Origin: Streptomyces phage Muntaha
Direction: 5' to 3' (one strand)
Sequence record: MT024872.1
DNA length: 24,000 nt
The position numbers and the translations under genes are program-made. Positions 14,416-22,127 of this stretch are shown in pieces. Position 1 is the first letter of the stretch. Every line of letters starts with the position of its first letter. The notes beneath the pieces are model-generated. The model ran no database searches. It had not been told where the DNA came from and worked only from the letters and a program-made list of their open reading frames with translations.

Positions 14416-14486
14416 TCGGTAGTGGTGTAGAGGTAACACGAAACCTTGCCAAGGTTTAATCGCGAGTTCGATTCTCGTCTACCGGA
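14416..14486 (+). tRNA. tRNA-Gly(GCC)
   Basis: TCGGTAG/CTACCGG acceptor; anticodon arm AAACC-TTGCCAA-GGTTT; followed by CCA. Confidence 0.9.
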
Positions 14487-14490
14487 CCAA

Positions 14491-14712
14491 ATGGCAACAC
14501 GAGTCACAGAAAAGTCAGCTCTAATTGACGCCCGCTGGGTAATCAAGATTTTGATTGCGATTATCGGCGGGATTTTTGCGTTGGTCCTCATGATAGGCTG
14601 GATTTCAGAAAGCAATGAGACCGACCGAATGACAGCATGCGTGAATAAAAGTGACAGGGAATGGGTAAACGGGGAATGTGTGTTTCCTAAACCGCTTCCG
14701 TCAAGCTCTTGA
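14491..14712 (+). CDS. 73-aa single-TM protein with C-terminal CVNKSDREWVNGEC
   Basis: ATG inside the 14446-14712 frame. Confidence 0.65.
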   Translation: MATRVTEKSALIDARWVIKILIAIIGGIFALVLMIGWISESNETDRMTACVNKSDREWVNGECVFPKPLPSSS

Positions 14713-14717
14713 ACAGG

Positions 14718-14757
14718 CGCTCCGGGTAAAGCCGCACCGCCTGTTTCTTTTTTATCC
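14718..14757 (+). terminator. intrinsic terminator
   Basis: AACAGGCG...CGCCTGTT then CTTTTTTA. Confidence 0.75.
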
Positions 14758-14779
14758 CCAACAACGATTGGAAATTGAA

Positions 14780-15343
14780 GTGACTACTCTCGTCGGCAAG
14801 AAGGTCCGCGTCAAGGACAATTACGCTGGTGGTCTGGAGAACGTCATTGGCAAGGTCGGCAAGATTGTGGCGGTTGACCCGAACCATGACCCGGCTACTG
14901 AGGGGCGGCTCTACGCCCTGGATATTGAGGGTGTTCGCCGGAAGTCCTACTACGACAACTGGCGTAAGGAGGACGTTGAGTACACCTACAACTACACCGT
15001 CCTGGTGACCGGTGAAGAAATCGAGCCGGTTGTTTACGACATCAAGGACTCTCAGGGTCAGAGTGTCGAGCTGGGCGATAAGGTTGTTTACGGCCCTCTG
15101 GGTGGTGGCGTCAGTTGTGGTACGGTGGTCGATATGAAGGAGTCCGACCACTACTACTACAAGTTTGCGGTGAAGGTTGAGCTGGAGGAGACGACCTCTC
15201 ACATTGATGGTGGCGACCGTCGAATTGAGGGCCTTCCGTCCAAGCGCTACCAGTGGTACAGTCACATGGACAGGCTCCTTGTTATTCAGAAGGCGGCTTT
15301 CGGTCGCTCTTGGACCTCGGTTCTTGGCAAGGTTGAGGACTGA
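14780..15343 (+). CDS. 187-aa hypothetical protein, GTG start
   Basis: Frame 14678-15343; start placed after the terminator. Confidence 0.75.
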   Translation: MTTLVGKKVRVKDNYAGGLENVIGKVGKIVAVDPNHDPATEGRLYALDIEGVRRKSYYDNWRKEDVEYTYNYTVLVTGEEIEPVVYDIKDSQGQSVELGDKVVYGPLGGGVSCGTVVDMKESDHYYYKFAVKVELEETTSHIDGGDRRIEGLPSKRYQWYSHMDRLLVIQKAAFGRSWTSVLGKVED

Positions 15344-15550
15344 ATGACTGAGTACAAGGACTGCATTGGCCGCGATATTGCGGTTGGTGACAGGGTTGGT
15401 GTAGCCTTCTCATATTCCCGAGCTTCGGTCGGGTATATTCGAGTCGGAAAGGTTGTGTCCTTCGAGCCCAAGTTCCTGGTTCGCTGGGAGGCTGACCATC
15501 AGGTAAGTCGTCCGATGGAGTTCAGCTCCAAGCGGATGGTCCTTCTCTGA
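15344..15550 (+). CDS. 68-aa hypothetical protein
   Basis: ORF track; adjacent to upstream stop. Confidence 0.75.
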   Translation: MTEYKDCIGRDIAVGDRVGVAFSYSRASVGYIRVGKVVSFEPKFLVRWEADHQVSRPMEFSSKRMVLL

Positions 15551-15636
15551 TGTGTTGCACACGTCCTTGTATGGTGGCAACCTGGGAGAACGGCAAGTAC
15601 GTTCTCAAGTGTATTAACTGCAACCACTCGCGTTGA
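15550..15636 (+). CDS. 28-aa Cys-rich peptide MCCTRPCMVATWENGKYVLKCINCNHSR
   Basis: TGATG coupling to previous stop; CxxC-type spacing. Confidence 0.5.
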   Translation: MCCTRPCMVATWENGKYVLKCINCNHSR

Positions 15637-15662
15637 CAGCAACGCGGCGGCTGTGTTAATAT
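15633..15662 (+). promoter_or_regulatory. promoter TTGACA-N18-TAATAT for tRNA-Gly(TCC)
   Basis: Inverted repeat ACAGC/GCTGT; downstream AGAGATATC as at 13822. Confidence 0.85.
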
Positions 15663-15693
15663 AGAGATATCGGGTCAACAGCCCGGTATCCAT

Positions 15694-15765
15694 GCGGATG
15701 TAGTTTAATGGTAAAACCTCTGCCTTCCAAGCAGGTGAGTGCCGGTTCGATTCCGGTCATCCGCT
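15694..15765 (+). tRNA. tRNA-Gly(TCC)
   Basis: GCGGATG/CATCCGC acceptor; loop CTTCCAA. Confidence 0.93.
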
Positions 15766-15778
15766 CTCTAACAAAAAT

Positions 15779-15806
15779 GCCCCGGAGGAAAATCCTCCGG
15801 GGCTTC
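15779..15806 (+). terminator. terminator-like hairpin
   Basis: GCCCCGGAGGA-AAA-TCCTCCGGGGC then TTCTT. Confidence 0.75.
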
Positions 15807-15826
15807 TTAGTTGACTGAGAGGGAAC

Positions 15827-16207
15827 ATGAAGAAGGTATTCTTCCGTCTGGCCAATACGACTCACATGCTCGTCTTCACCATTATTGGCACGCTGGTGGT
15901 TAGCTCGGTAGTGTTCTCTCTTGCCGAGGGCGTTAGTCTTTATGATGGTGTATACTGGTCAGTAGTGACCATGAGCACGACGGGTTATGGTGACCTGAGT
16001 CCAGCAACAATTGTTGGTAAGGCGTACACCATGCTTCTGATGCTCTGGTCTGTATTCTTTCTGGTTCCCAGCGCGGTGGCTCAAATCATTATGAAGTTCA
16101 TTCATAACCGAAACGAGTTCACGCACGAGGAGCAGGAGGAAATTATGCGGCAGCAGGAGCGCATCCTGGAGCTGCTTGAGCGAGGAGGTGCCAATGAGCG
16201 AGGTTGA
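15827..16207 (+). CDS. two-TM potassium-channel-like protein
   Basis: TM1 - pore helix - TMSTTGYGDLSP selectivity filter (15977-15994) - TM2 - charged C-tail. Confidence 0.88.
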   Translation: MKKVFFRLANTTHMLVFTIIGTLVVSSVVFSLAEGVSLYDGVYWSVVTMSTTGYGDLSPATIVGKAYTMLLMLWSVFFLVPSAVAQIIMKFIHNRNEFTHEEQEEIMRQQERILELLERGGANERG

Positions 16208-16394
16208 GTCGTTTTGCTTCGACGTTCAGATTTTCAGGAACGAAGACGGCAAGTACGAATATGCTGTGTCCCAGGAATTTGAGACAGAGGGCGAGGAGCC
16301 GGACTGGGAGCTGCTTGAGACTGGCGCGGGAGACACGCTAGAAGAGGCGGCAAGGATGGCTGGCAACAGCATCCGTACTCTGTTCAACGTATAA
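16194..16394 (+). CDS. 66-aa acidic hypothetical protein
   Basis: ATG in the 16176-16394 frame; overlaps channel gene. Confidence 0.7.
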   Translation: MSEVESFCFDVQIFRNEDGKYEYAVSQEFETEGEEPDWELLETGAGDTLEEAARMAGNSIRTLFNV

Positions 16395-16431
16395 AAATCC
16401 TGAGATTTTTAAGCCCTTTCGTAAAGGGCGG

Positions 16432-16502
16432 TCCCCTGTAGTGTAACGGCAGCACAGCGTACTTTGGATGCGCGGGTTCCAGTTCGAGTCTGGCCAGGGG
16501 AG
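16432..16502 (+). tRNA. tRNA-Gln(TTG)
   Basis: TCCCCTG/CAGGGGA acceptor; loop CTTTGGA. Confidence 0.9.
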
Positions 16503-16503
16503 C

Positions 16504-16866
16504 GTGCTAACTGATAATCTATACTGGTACCGGGTCAAGGAATTCCTTTACAACCACGATGGTGATACACTCAAGGTCGTGGTGGACATGGGGATGCGTG
16601 TCTGTCGAGAAGTAACGCTACGGGCTGAGGGTATTGACACCCCAGAGCTACGCGGCGATACTCTAGAAAAGGCGCGGGTTTCCCGAGATGCCGCTAAGGA
16701 ATGGTTCACCAAGCCTGGACGTAAGCTAGTGGTCAAGACATACGTTGACCCTGGTAGTTATGACAGGTACACGGCCGAGGTCTTTGACGCCGACACCGAA
16801 GAGTGTTTTAATAAGTGGATGGTGGATAGCGGATACGCCTCTGCCTACGTCTACAAGTGGGGATAA
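16504..16866 (+). CDS. staphylococcal-nuclease-like (SNase) protein
   Basis: HDGDTLKV, LRAEGIDTPELRG, RDAAKEW, DRYTAEVF motifs; GTG start 2 nt after tRNA-Gln. Confidence 0.85.
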   Translation: MLTDNLYWYRVKEFLYNHDGDTLKVVVDMGMRVCREVTLRAEGIDTPELRGDTLEKARVSRDAAKEWFTKPGRKLVVKTYVDPGSYDRYTAEVFDADTEECFNKWMVDSGYASAYVYKWG

Positions 16867-16868
16867 TA

Positions 16869-17078
16869 ATGCTGGAACTTCTGTTCTGGGCCTGGGCAAT
16901 CGTTGCTATCCTGGCGTTTGTTTGGTCTGGTCCGTGGGTTATTACAGGAGTGGCTGACGGAAACGTAGAGCCCGTGGGCCTGCTTATCTGGCCGGTCGGT
17001 TGTGCGCTCGTTCCGTTCCTGATTGTATTCGGATTCCTGCTCCTTGGCTGGGAGAAGATTACTGGAAAGAAGGAGTAA
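16869..17078 (+). CDS. 69-aa membrane protein
   Basis: ATG in the 16857-17078 frame; hydrophobic. Confidence 0.7.
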   Translation: MLELLFWAWAIVAILAFVWSGPWVITGVADGNVEPVGLLIWPVGCALVPFLIVFGFLLLGWEKITGKKE

Positions 17079-17133
17079 GACCACTTTCGAGTGGTTGGGG
17101 CGCAAGCCCCAAGCTTCCTAACAGGGAGAACTA

Positions 17134-17424
17134 ATGCTGGTAATAGCAGCTATCGTTGCCCTTCTTGTGGTGCTGTATGTGGCCGGTATAATTACCGACA
17201 AGAACGCCGAGAAGGAGCTTGCCCGGCTCAAGTCTCTGCCCAACTACTACCGGCTTTGTCGGGTTGTGGATAATGGCGGACGTGAGCTAAGATGCCGAGT
17301 AAGGGAATGGAACATCCGCCCGGACAAGTCCGAGCTGTGGTGCATCGACCCGGTTCCGCATCCAAATGGTTGGACAAGAAGTTTTATCTGGCCCAACGAG
17401 GATATTGAGTTCCTGGAGGACTAA
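17134..17424 (+). CDS. 96-aa protein with N-terminal TM
   Basis: ORF track; SD ACAGGGAG. Confidence 0.75.
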   Translation: MLVIAAIVALLVVLYVAGIITDKNAEKELARLKSLPNYYRLCRVVDNGGRELRCRVREWNIRPDKSELWCIDPVPHPNGWTRSFIWPNEDIEFLED

Positions 17425-17618
17425 TGGAAATTCTGTTGTGGATTTACTTCGTTGGTCTGGGTGTGTGCCTGGGCGTTGGAGTCTGTCTGCTGTTCCTCGG
17501 TGGGATTCTTGGAATTGAGCCCAAGGACAGCACGATTCTCAAGTTCGTAGGTTTTGCTCTTGGCTGGCCGGTTACTTACCCGGTTTGGGCTGCCTGGGTG
17601 ACTTACAAGGATAGGTGA
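17424..17618 (+). CDS. 64-aa membrane protein
   Basis: ORF track; TAATG coupling. Confidence 0.7.
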   Translation: MEILLWIYFVGLGVCLGVGVCLLFLGGILGIEPKDSTILKFVGFALGWPVTYPVWAAWVTYKDR

Positions 17619-17649
17619 CACCACCTGCCCCTTCGGGGGCAAGCTTAGT

Positions 17650-17671
17650 CCCGGTTCGCCGGGATTTTTTA
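17650..17671 (+). terminator. intrinsic terminator
   Basis: CCCGG-TTCG-CCGGG followed by ATTTTTTATT. Confidence 0.85.
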
Positions 17672-17692
17672 TTGCCCGGACGAGAGAATAAT

Positions 17693-18289
17693 ATGAATTT
17701 CGAGAAACTGCACGAGCTGATTCCATACGCGACAGGTGGAAAGAATCATGCTGTCACCATGTCGCCTTACAACGCGATTACCCTGGCAATGCCAGGAAGG
17801 CATCAGCATGACACGGTTCCGGCCGGTGGTGATTTCGTCGTTATGGTTTCGGACGATAGCCTCGGCTGGGTAAATCATCAGTTCACGCATGATGATATTT
17901 TCTTGGACATGGAGAAGAAGATGCAGCTCGACTCGGAGTCTGCCGAACGCCTCATGGCTGACTACGCAGAGGTCGTAGTTAATGGCAAGGACCCTGAGAA
18001 AATCGAGTGGGAGCGTGGAGACTGGGATAATACTCTGCATCCGCAGACGTTTCTGTATGCCGTTCAGTGCCTAGCTGTGGCTGAGCACAGGCGGTATCAC
18101 CAGTTCGAGAAGCGAGGCGGCGGCAGGTACTTGCCTTTGCGTTTTACTTTTGGTATCGTTAGTGAAGCGTGGACAGCAGCCGACTGCAAGAATTTTCAGC
18201 GGCGCGGTCGTCCTGGCCTGGAACATCTTGAGAAGGAGAAGGAGTTTAAGACAACTTTGACTGCCATCAAGGATTTCATGGCTGCATAA
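17693..18289 (+). CDS. 198-aa hypothetical protein
   Basis: ATG in the 17615-18289 frame, after the terminator. Confidence 0.8.
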   Translation: MNFEKLHELIPYATGGKNHAVTMSPYNAITLAMPGRHQHDTVPAGGDFVVMVSDDSLGWVNHQFTHDDIFLDMEKKMQLDSESAERLMADYAEVVVNGKDPEKIEWERGDWDNTLHPQTFLYAVQCLAVAEHRRYHQFEKRGGGRYLPLRFTFGIVSEAWTAADCKNFQRRGRPGLEHLEKEKEFKTTLTAIKDFMAA

Positions 18290-18341
18290 TTTCGCCGGGG
18301 TTGAGATACCCCGGCAAGCTTGGTATACTAAGGAGGTAAAT

Positions 18342-18557
18342 ATGGCTAAGGACTTCGAGTCCAAGAATCCCAAGGCGACGAGTAAGACCGTCGTGCTTAC
18401 GCTCCAGATTGATGCGGACAACATGGCTGAGCTTTACGGCCGAATCGCAACTCTGGTAGCCTCTGTCGAGAACTCCGCCGATGTTAAGAGCGTTGAGGTC
18501 AAGGAGAAGACCAGTTATGGACACGGAGCAATCGGAATCCGTCGAGACACGTTCTGA
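18342..18557 (+). CDS. 71-aa hypothetical protein
   Basis: ORF track; SD AAGGAGG. Confidence 0.75.
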   Translation: MAKDFESKNPKATSKTVVLTLQIDADNMAELYGRIATLVASVENSADVKSVEVKEKTSYGHGAIGIRRDTF

Positions 18558-18592
18558 ACCATCAACGTGGGAAGAACTGGAGATGAGAATAA

Positions 18593-18835
18593 TTGAAGAA
18601 GTTGGTCGATGAACTAGCCACTTATTTCCTGGCTAACGGGTATGAGTGGAAGTTCGATTATGGGATGGCCATTCCCAATGAGGATGACCTTGAGCGTGCT
18701 ATCGTCAAGGTGAAGGAAATCCTGGAGAACGACCCGTCCGACAATGTCCAGCTTGAAATCGGGCGGATGCTTTTCAAGAAGCGTGACGGTTTTATTGACG
18801 TGTTCGTTTATATGGGTAACCTGGAGGATAAGTAA
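18593..18835 (+). CDS. 80-aa hypothetical protein, TTG start
   Basis: ORF track. Confidence 0.7.
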   Translation: MKKLVDELATYFLANGYEWKFDYGMAIPNEDDLERAIVKVKEILENDPSDNVQLEIGRMLFKKRDGFIDVFVYMGNLEDK

Positions 18836-19257
18836 TGTTCTTCGAGTACACTGACAAGGCCGAGCTTGCCAGTTCGTGGATTAGGGCCGCGTACTACAAC
18901 TCGGAAAACGGTGAGCTTGCCGTTGAGATGAAGAACGGCCAGTCGTACGTTTACATGGGTGTTGAGCCCGACACGATTAAGGCATTCGGCAACGCATATT
19001 CGGCCGGGTCTTTCTACAACACGAAGGTCCAGGGTAAGTTCCCCAACGTCTACGGTGGCGCAGTCACCATGAAGTACGGTAAGATGGAGACCATGACTGC
19101 TAAGAACACGAGGACTTATACCGTCCGGGCAATTGTGCCCTTCGAGGCCCAGATTGAGGCTTCTAGCCTGGACGAGGCTGTTCGACTCTTTGTTGAGTCT
19201 CACAGCGATGTGAAGGGTGTTACTATCAAGGAGGTTGTGGTTCCCTTTGGCGAGTGA
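18835..19257 (+). CDS. 140-aa protein with KTSC-like domain
   Basis: MKNGQSYVYMGVEPDTIKAFGNAYSAGSFYNTKVQGKF. Confidence 0.75.
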   Translation: MFFEYTDKAELASSWIRAAYYNSENGELAVEMKNGQSYVYMGVEPDTIKAFGNAYSAGSFYNTKVQGKFPNVYGGAVTMKYGKMETMTAKNTRTYTVRAIVPFEAQIEASSLDEAVRLFVESHSDVKGVTIKEVVVPFGE

Positions 19258-19570
19258 TGCCGTAGTAGAGGTAACGACACTGGATGCACTGCATGAGATT
19301 CTGAATAAGTACAGCCGTGTGGTTGTCGATTTTCATGCTCCAGCTTGGTGCGTACCATGTCGAAGGCTGGCCCCGCATATTGATGTTGCGGCCAAGAAGA
19401 ACGAGAATGTACGATTCGTAAAGGTCGATGTTGACCGAGCGGACCAGAGCATCCGAGACACGTTCCCGATTATGTCGGTTCCGACCGTGCTATATTTCGA
19501 GGACGGTAATCAGACTAAGGAGATTGTGGGTCGCACTGCGATTCAGATTCTCCAGGAGCTTGACTCCTGA
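19247..19570 (+). CDS. thioredoxin-like protein
   Basis: VVVDFHAPAWCVPCRRLAPHIDVAA...VDVDR...IMSVPTVLYF; CVPC active site; start (TTG 19247) approximate. Confidence 0.85.
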   Translation: MASDAVVEVTTLDALHEILNKYSRVVVDFHAPAWCVPCRRLAPHIDVAAKKNENVRFVKVDVDRADQSIRDTFPIMSVPTVLYFEDGNQTKEIVGRTAIQILQELDS

Positions 19571-19625
19571 GTCTGTGGGTGGTTCAATAAGAACCACCCA
19601 AGCTTCCCTACCAACTGGAGTGACA

Positions 19626-19805
19626 GTGAAGACTCGGGATGCCGGAATTATTCTGGTCTGGTTTATGGGCGTTGCTCTTATCGCCCTGATGGGTACTGTT
19701 ATGATGACCAACATCAAGGACAGCAACCGGCTGTACCAACAGCGCTACGAGCTGTGCATCAAGTCCGACAAGCAGTGGCTTGACGGCAACTGTATCAACA
19801 AGTAA
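19626..19805 (+). CDS. 59-aa single-TM protein with C-terminal CIKSDKQWLDGNC
   Basis: GTG in the 19428-19805 frame with SD CTGGAG. Confidence 0.65.
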   Translation: MKTRDAGIILVWFMGVALIALMGTVMMTNIKDSNRLYQQRYELCIKSDKQWLDGNCINK

Positions 19806-19859
19806 TATCAACTGCGGGGGCAACTCCGCAAGCTTAAACTAACCTAGGAGCTGATTTTA

Positions 19860-20234
19860 ATGGCTACGGCCAAGGAGCGCGGCCACAAGGACTGGGGTTA
19901 CGGCGGGGTTCTCAAGAGGGACTTCAAGGCCGATAAGTCCGATGGCGAGTACAACGACGTTCGCGACCACTCCAAGCGCTGGTACTCCCGACACCAGGGC
20001 ATGAGCACCAAGAAGGCAAGCAAGAAGGACACCAAGCGTTGGTGCCGTGGAAAGAGCGGCCGAGAGCACATCTGGTCCATCTTCAAGAAGTACGAATTCA
20101 GCAATTGGGGCACGTACCGTTGCGTTAACTGCCACAAGGAAGCGTGGGGTCGCCCGAAGCACGGACTTTTCCGTAAGATTTCCTACCGCTCCAACAACGA
20201 ATACGACCTCATTCCGATGAGCGAGCTTAACTAA
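19860..20234 (+). CDS. 124-aa basic protein with CxxC
   Basis: ORF track; SD CTAGGAG. Confidence 0.75.
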   Translation: MATAKERGHKDWGYGGVLKRDFKADKSDGEYNDVRDHSKRWYSRHQGMSTKKASKKDTKRWCRGKSGREHIWSIFKKYEFSNWGTYRCVNCHKEAWGRPKHGLFRKISYRSNNEYDLIPMSELN

Positions 20235-20277
20235 AAAATCCTGAGATTTTCGGACGCTTTCGTAAAGGCAAATCGTG

Positions 20278-20457
20278 GTGAAATTCTACGCAATTGCCAG
20301 TGACCAGGCTGAGGCAATAAAGAATTGCCACACTGGCAAATACACAAATCAGCCTTTCTGGCCTGACCATAAGACACTTGTCCCCTATCTTGAGAGAGCC
20401 CGAGAAGAAAATCCGGGTGTTTCTCTCAGGATATGGGTAATTAAGGTGGGTGGATAA
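20278..20457 (+). CDS. 59-aa hypothetical protein, GTG start
   Basis: ORF track (20275 or 20278). Confidence 0.6.
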   Translation: MKFYAIASDQAEAIKNCHTGKYTNQPFWPDHKTLVPYLERAREENPGVSLRIWVIKVGG

Positions 20458-20702
20458 TGTCTCGTCGTAAGTTTCTTTGCCTGGACTGCCGGGTGGATAC
20501 TGGGAAAATCGGTGAGCACTACATGCTCATTGATGAGACCTGGCACTTGACCGGGCTCAGAAAATATGGGATGCTCTGCATAGAGCACGTCGAGAGCCGG
20601 ATTGGCCGTAAGCTCGTCCCGTCCGATTTCAACAACAGCTACCTGAACCGTCCGAGGACTGGTATCATCAGTCAGAGGCTTCGAGACAGGATGGGAATAT
20701 GA
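20457..20702 (+). CDS. 81-aa protein with CLDC motif
   Basis: ORF track; TAATG coupling. Confidence 0.75.
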   Translation: MSRRKFLCLDCRVDTGKIGEHYMLIDETWHLTGLRKYGMLCIEHVESRIGRKLVPSDFNNSYLNRPRTGIISQRLRDRMGI

Positions 20703-20899
20703 GTCTTTTCCGAATGGTTGAAACCCAAGACCGCGTTTACATTGTTTCGGCGGATATCTGCGACTTTGTGCAGAAGATGCACCCCGAATGCTTTGACAAG
20801 GGCGAGCTTCGTGCGATGGCTAATTCGCATCTCGTTATCGACAAAGCGTCGGGCAAGGTAATCAAGGCAAGGAGTTTTGACCCTCGTGGAAACGAATGA
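20699..20899 (+). CDS. 66-aa hypothetical protein
   Basis: ORF track; ATGA overlap. Confidence 0.7.
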   Translation: MSLFRMVETQDRVYIVSADICDFVQKMHPECFDKGELRAMANSHLVIDKASGKVIKARSFDPRGNE

Positions 20900-21239
20900 A
20901 CTGGTAAACGAATTTCTCATCGAGAAGTTCCGCAAGGAAGCCAAGCGCTCTTTCCGAACTGGAATGGGCAAGGATGACGAGCTTCCGGGTTACGACAAGG
21001 AAAAGCATCTGTCGCGGTGCGAAAGCACTTCTGTTCAGGTGACTGACTGTGGCTGGGAATGCGGTTGCTACTCTTGCTATACTCGGGACGACTCGTTTCA
21101 AATGTCAGCTCATGTTGGCTGTGATTGTGGCGTAGAAATGCGCTGGAATTACGGATACTTCTGGGAGCTGCCCGATTTCATCGAAGAACTCAAGCAGTAT
21201 GATGACTGTCGGCACAAGGATGATTGTGAGTATTGTTAA
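20886..21239 (+). CDS. 117-aa Cys-rich hypothetical protein (start approximate)
   Basis: Frame 20877-21239; CGWECGCYSCY...CDCG. Confidence 0.7.
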   Translation: METNELVNEFLIEKFRKEAKRSFRTGMGKDDELPGYDKEKHLSRCESTSVQVTDCGWECGCYSCYTRDDSFQMSAHVGCDCGVEMRWNYGYFWELPDFIEELKQYDDCRHKDDCEYC

Positions 21240-21427
21240 TGGCTAAGCACGACTTTGTTCGAAACTCTGACGGCAGCATCGATATCTGGCAGTTGGACGA
21301 GGGTTATCACAATGGCCCTCGGTGTATCCGCTGCGATGATGTCTGGTGTGAACACTGCGACCGGGATATTTACGACGAGGACTGCCCGAATGGACAGCTT
21401 GAGCTGTTCGACCTGGAGGCCGAATGA
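21239..21427 (+). CDS. 62-aa Cys-containing hypothetical protein (CIRCDDVWCEHCDRD)
   Basis: ATG in the 21233-21427 frame; TAATG coupling. Confidence 0.7.
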   Translation: MAKHDFVRNSDGSIDIWQLDEGYHNGPRCIRCDDVWCEHCDRDIYDEDCPNGQLELFDLEAE

Positions 21428-21660
21428 GTTTTATTCCGAGCCGAGACGTTTTCGACATGCCTCAAGATGAACTCGACCAGCTCGAAAGGTTGTACGATGA
21501 AATCGAAGAGGAATTCACTGCGGATTATGTCCGTGATGAATTTCGGCCGGATGCGACTGTACAGGATTGGATTGACCACTACGGCTCACACCCTTGCCCT
21601 AGCCTAGGTGCATGGTCTATGCTGGTGTACCTACACGGCAAGGGCCTCTTGAAGATGTGA
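21424..21660 (+). CDS. 78-aa hypothetical protein
   Basis: ORF track; ATGA overlap. Confidence 0.7.
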   Translation: MSFIPSRDVFDMPQDELDQLERLYDEIEEEFTADYVRDEFRPDATVQDWIDHYGSHPCPSLGAWSMLVYLHGKGLLKM

Positions 21661-21689
21661 TTGACAGCCCGTCTCCCAGGCTGTAAAAT
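21661..21689 (+). promoter_or_regulatory. promoter TTGACA-N17-TAAAAT for tRNA-Ser
   Basis: Inverted repeat ACAGCC/GGCTGT spans the spacer. Confidence 0.75.
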
Positions 21690-21703
21690 AATGGGAGAAG
21701 CTT

Positions 21704-21788
21704 GGAGATATGCCAGAGAGGCCGATTGGGTGCGACTGCTAATCGCATGGGGGTAACACCTCCGCAGGTTCGAATCCTGCTATCTCCG
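21704..21788 (+). tRNA. tRNA-Ser(GCT)
   Basis: GGAGATA/TATCTCC acceptor; anticodon arm TGCGA-CTGCTAA-TCGCA; long variable arm. Confidence 0.93.
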
Positions 21789-21815
21789 CTCTCAGACTCA
21801 TGGTAAAATAAGGCC

Positions 21816-22124
21816 ATGAGTCTTTTTTATGGTACACCTAAGATTAAGGGTGGCTCATTCTGGCGAAGGCATTCGCTGAGCCTTGCCCTCCTGGCCCTGT
21901 TCCTGATACAGTCAGTCATTGTCTGGACCTCCGGATATTCTGATTGGGCAGCAGAACAGCAAGCTTCGAAGCAGCCTGTCGAAATTTGGCCGGACTTCGT
22001 GATTTTCTACGTCTACGAGATGACAGTAAGCCTCGTAGCCGATACCTATGGTGCCCTGCTTCTGGTACTCTTTGCTAAGTGGTTCTACGAACAGGGAAGT
22101 CCTGAGTCTAACGACAAGGAGTAA
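21816..22124 (+). CDS. 102-aa two-TM membrane protein
   Basis: ORF track; two hydrophobic segments. Confidence 0.75.
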   Translation: MSLFYGTPKIKGGSFWRRHSLSLALLALFLIQSVIVWTSGYSDWAAEQQASKQPVEIWPDFVIFYVYEMTVSLVADTYGALLLVLFAKWFYEQGSPESNDKE

Positions 22125-22127
22125 GTA

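Noticed and set aside
14265-14459. 64-aa ORF over tRNA-Glu/tRNA-like/tRNA-Gly
   Set aside because: It consists of tRNA gene sequence read through; no SD.
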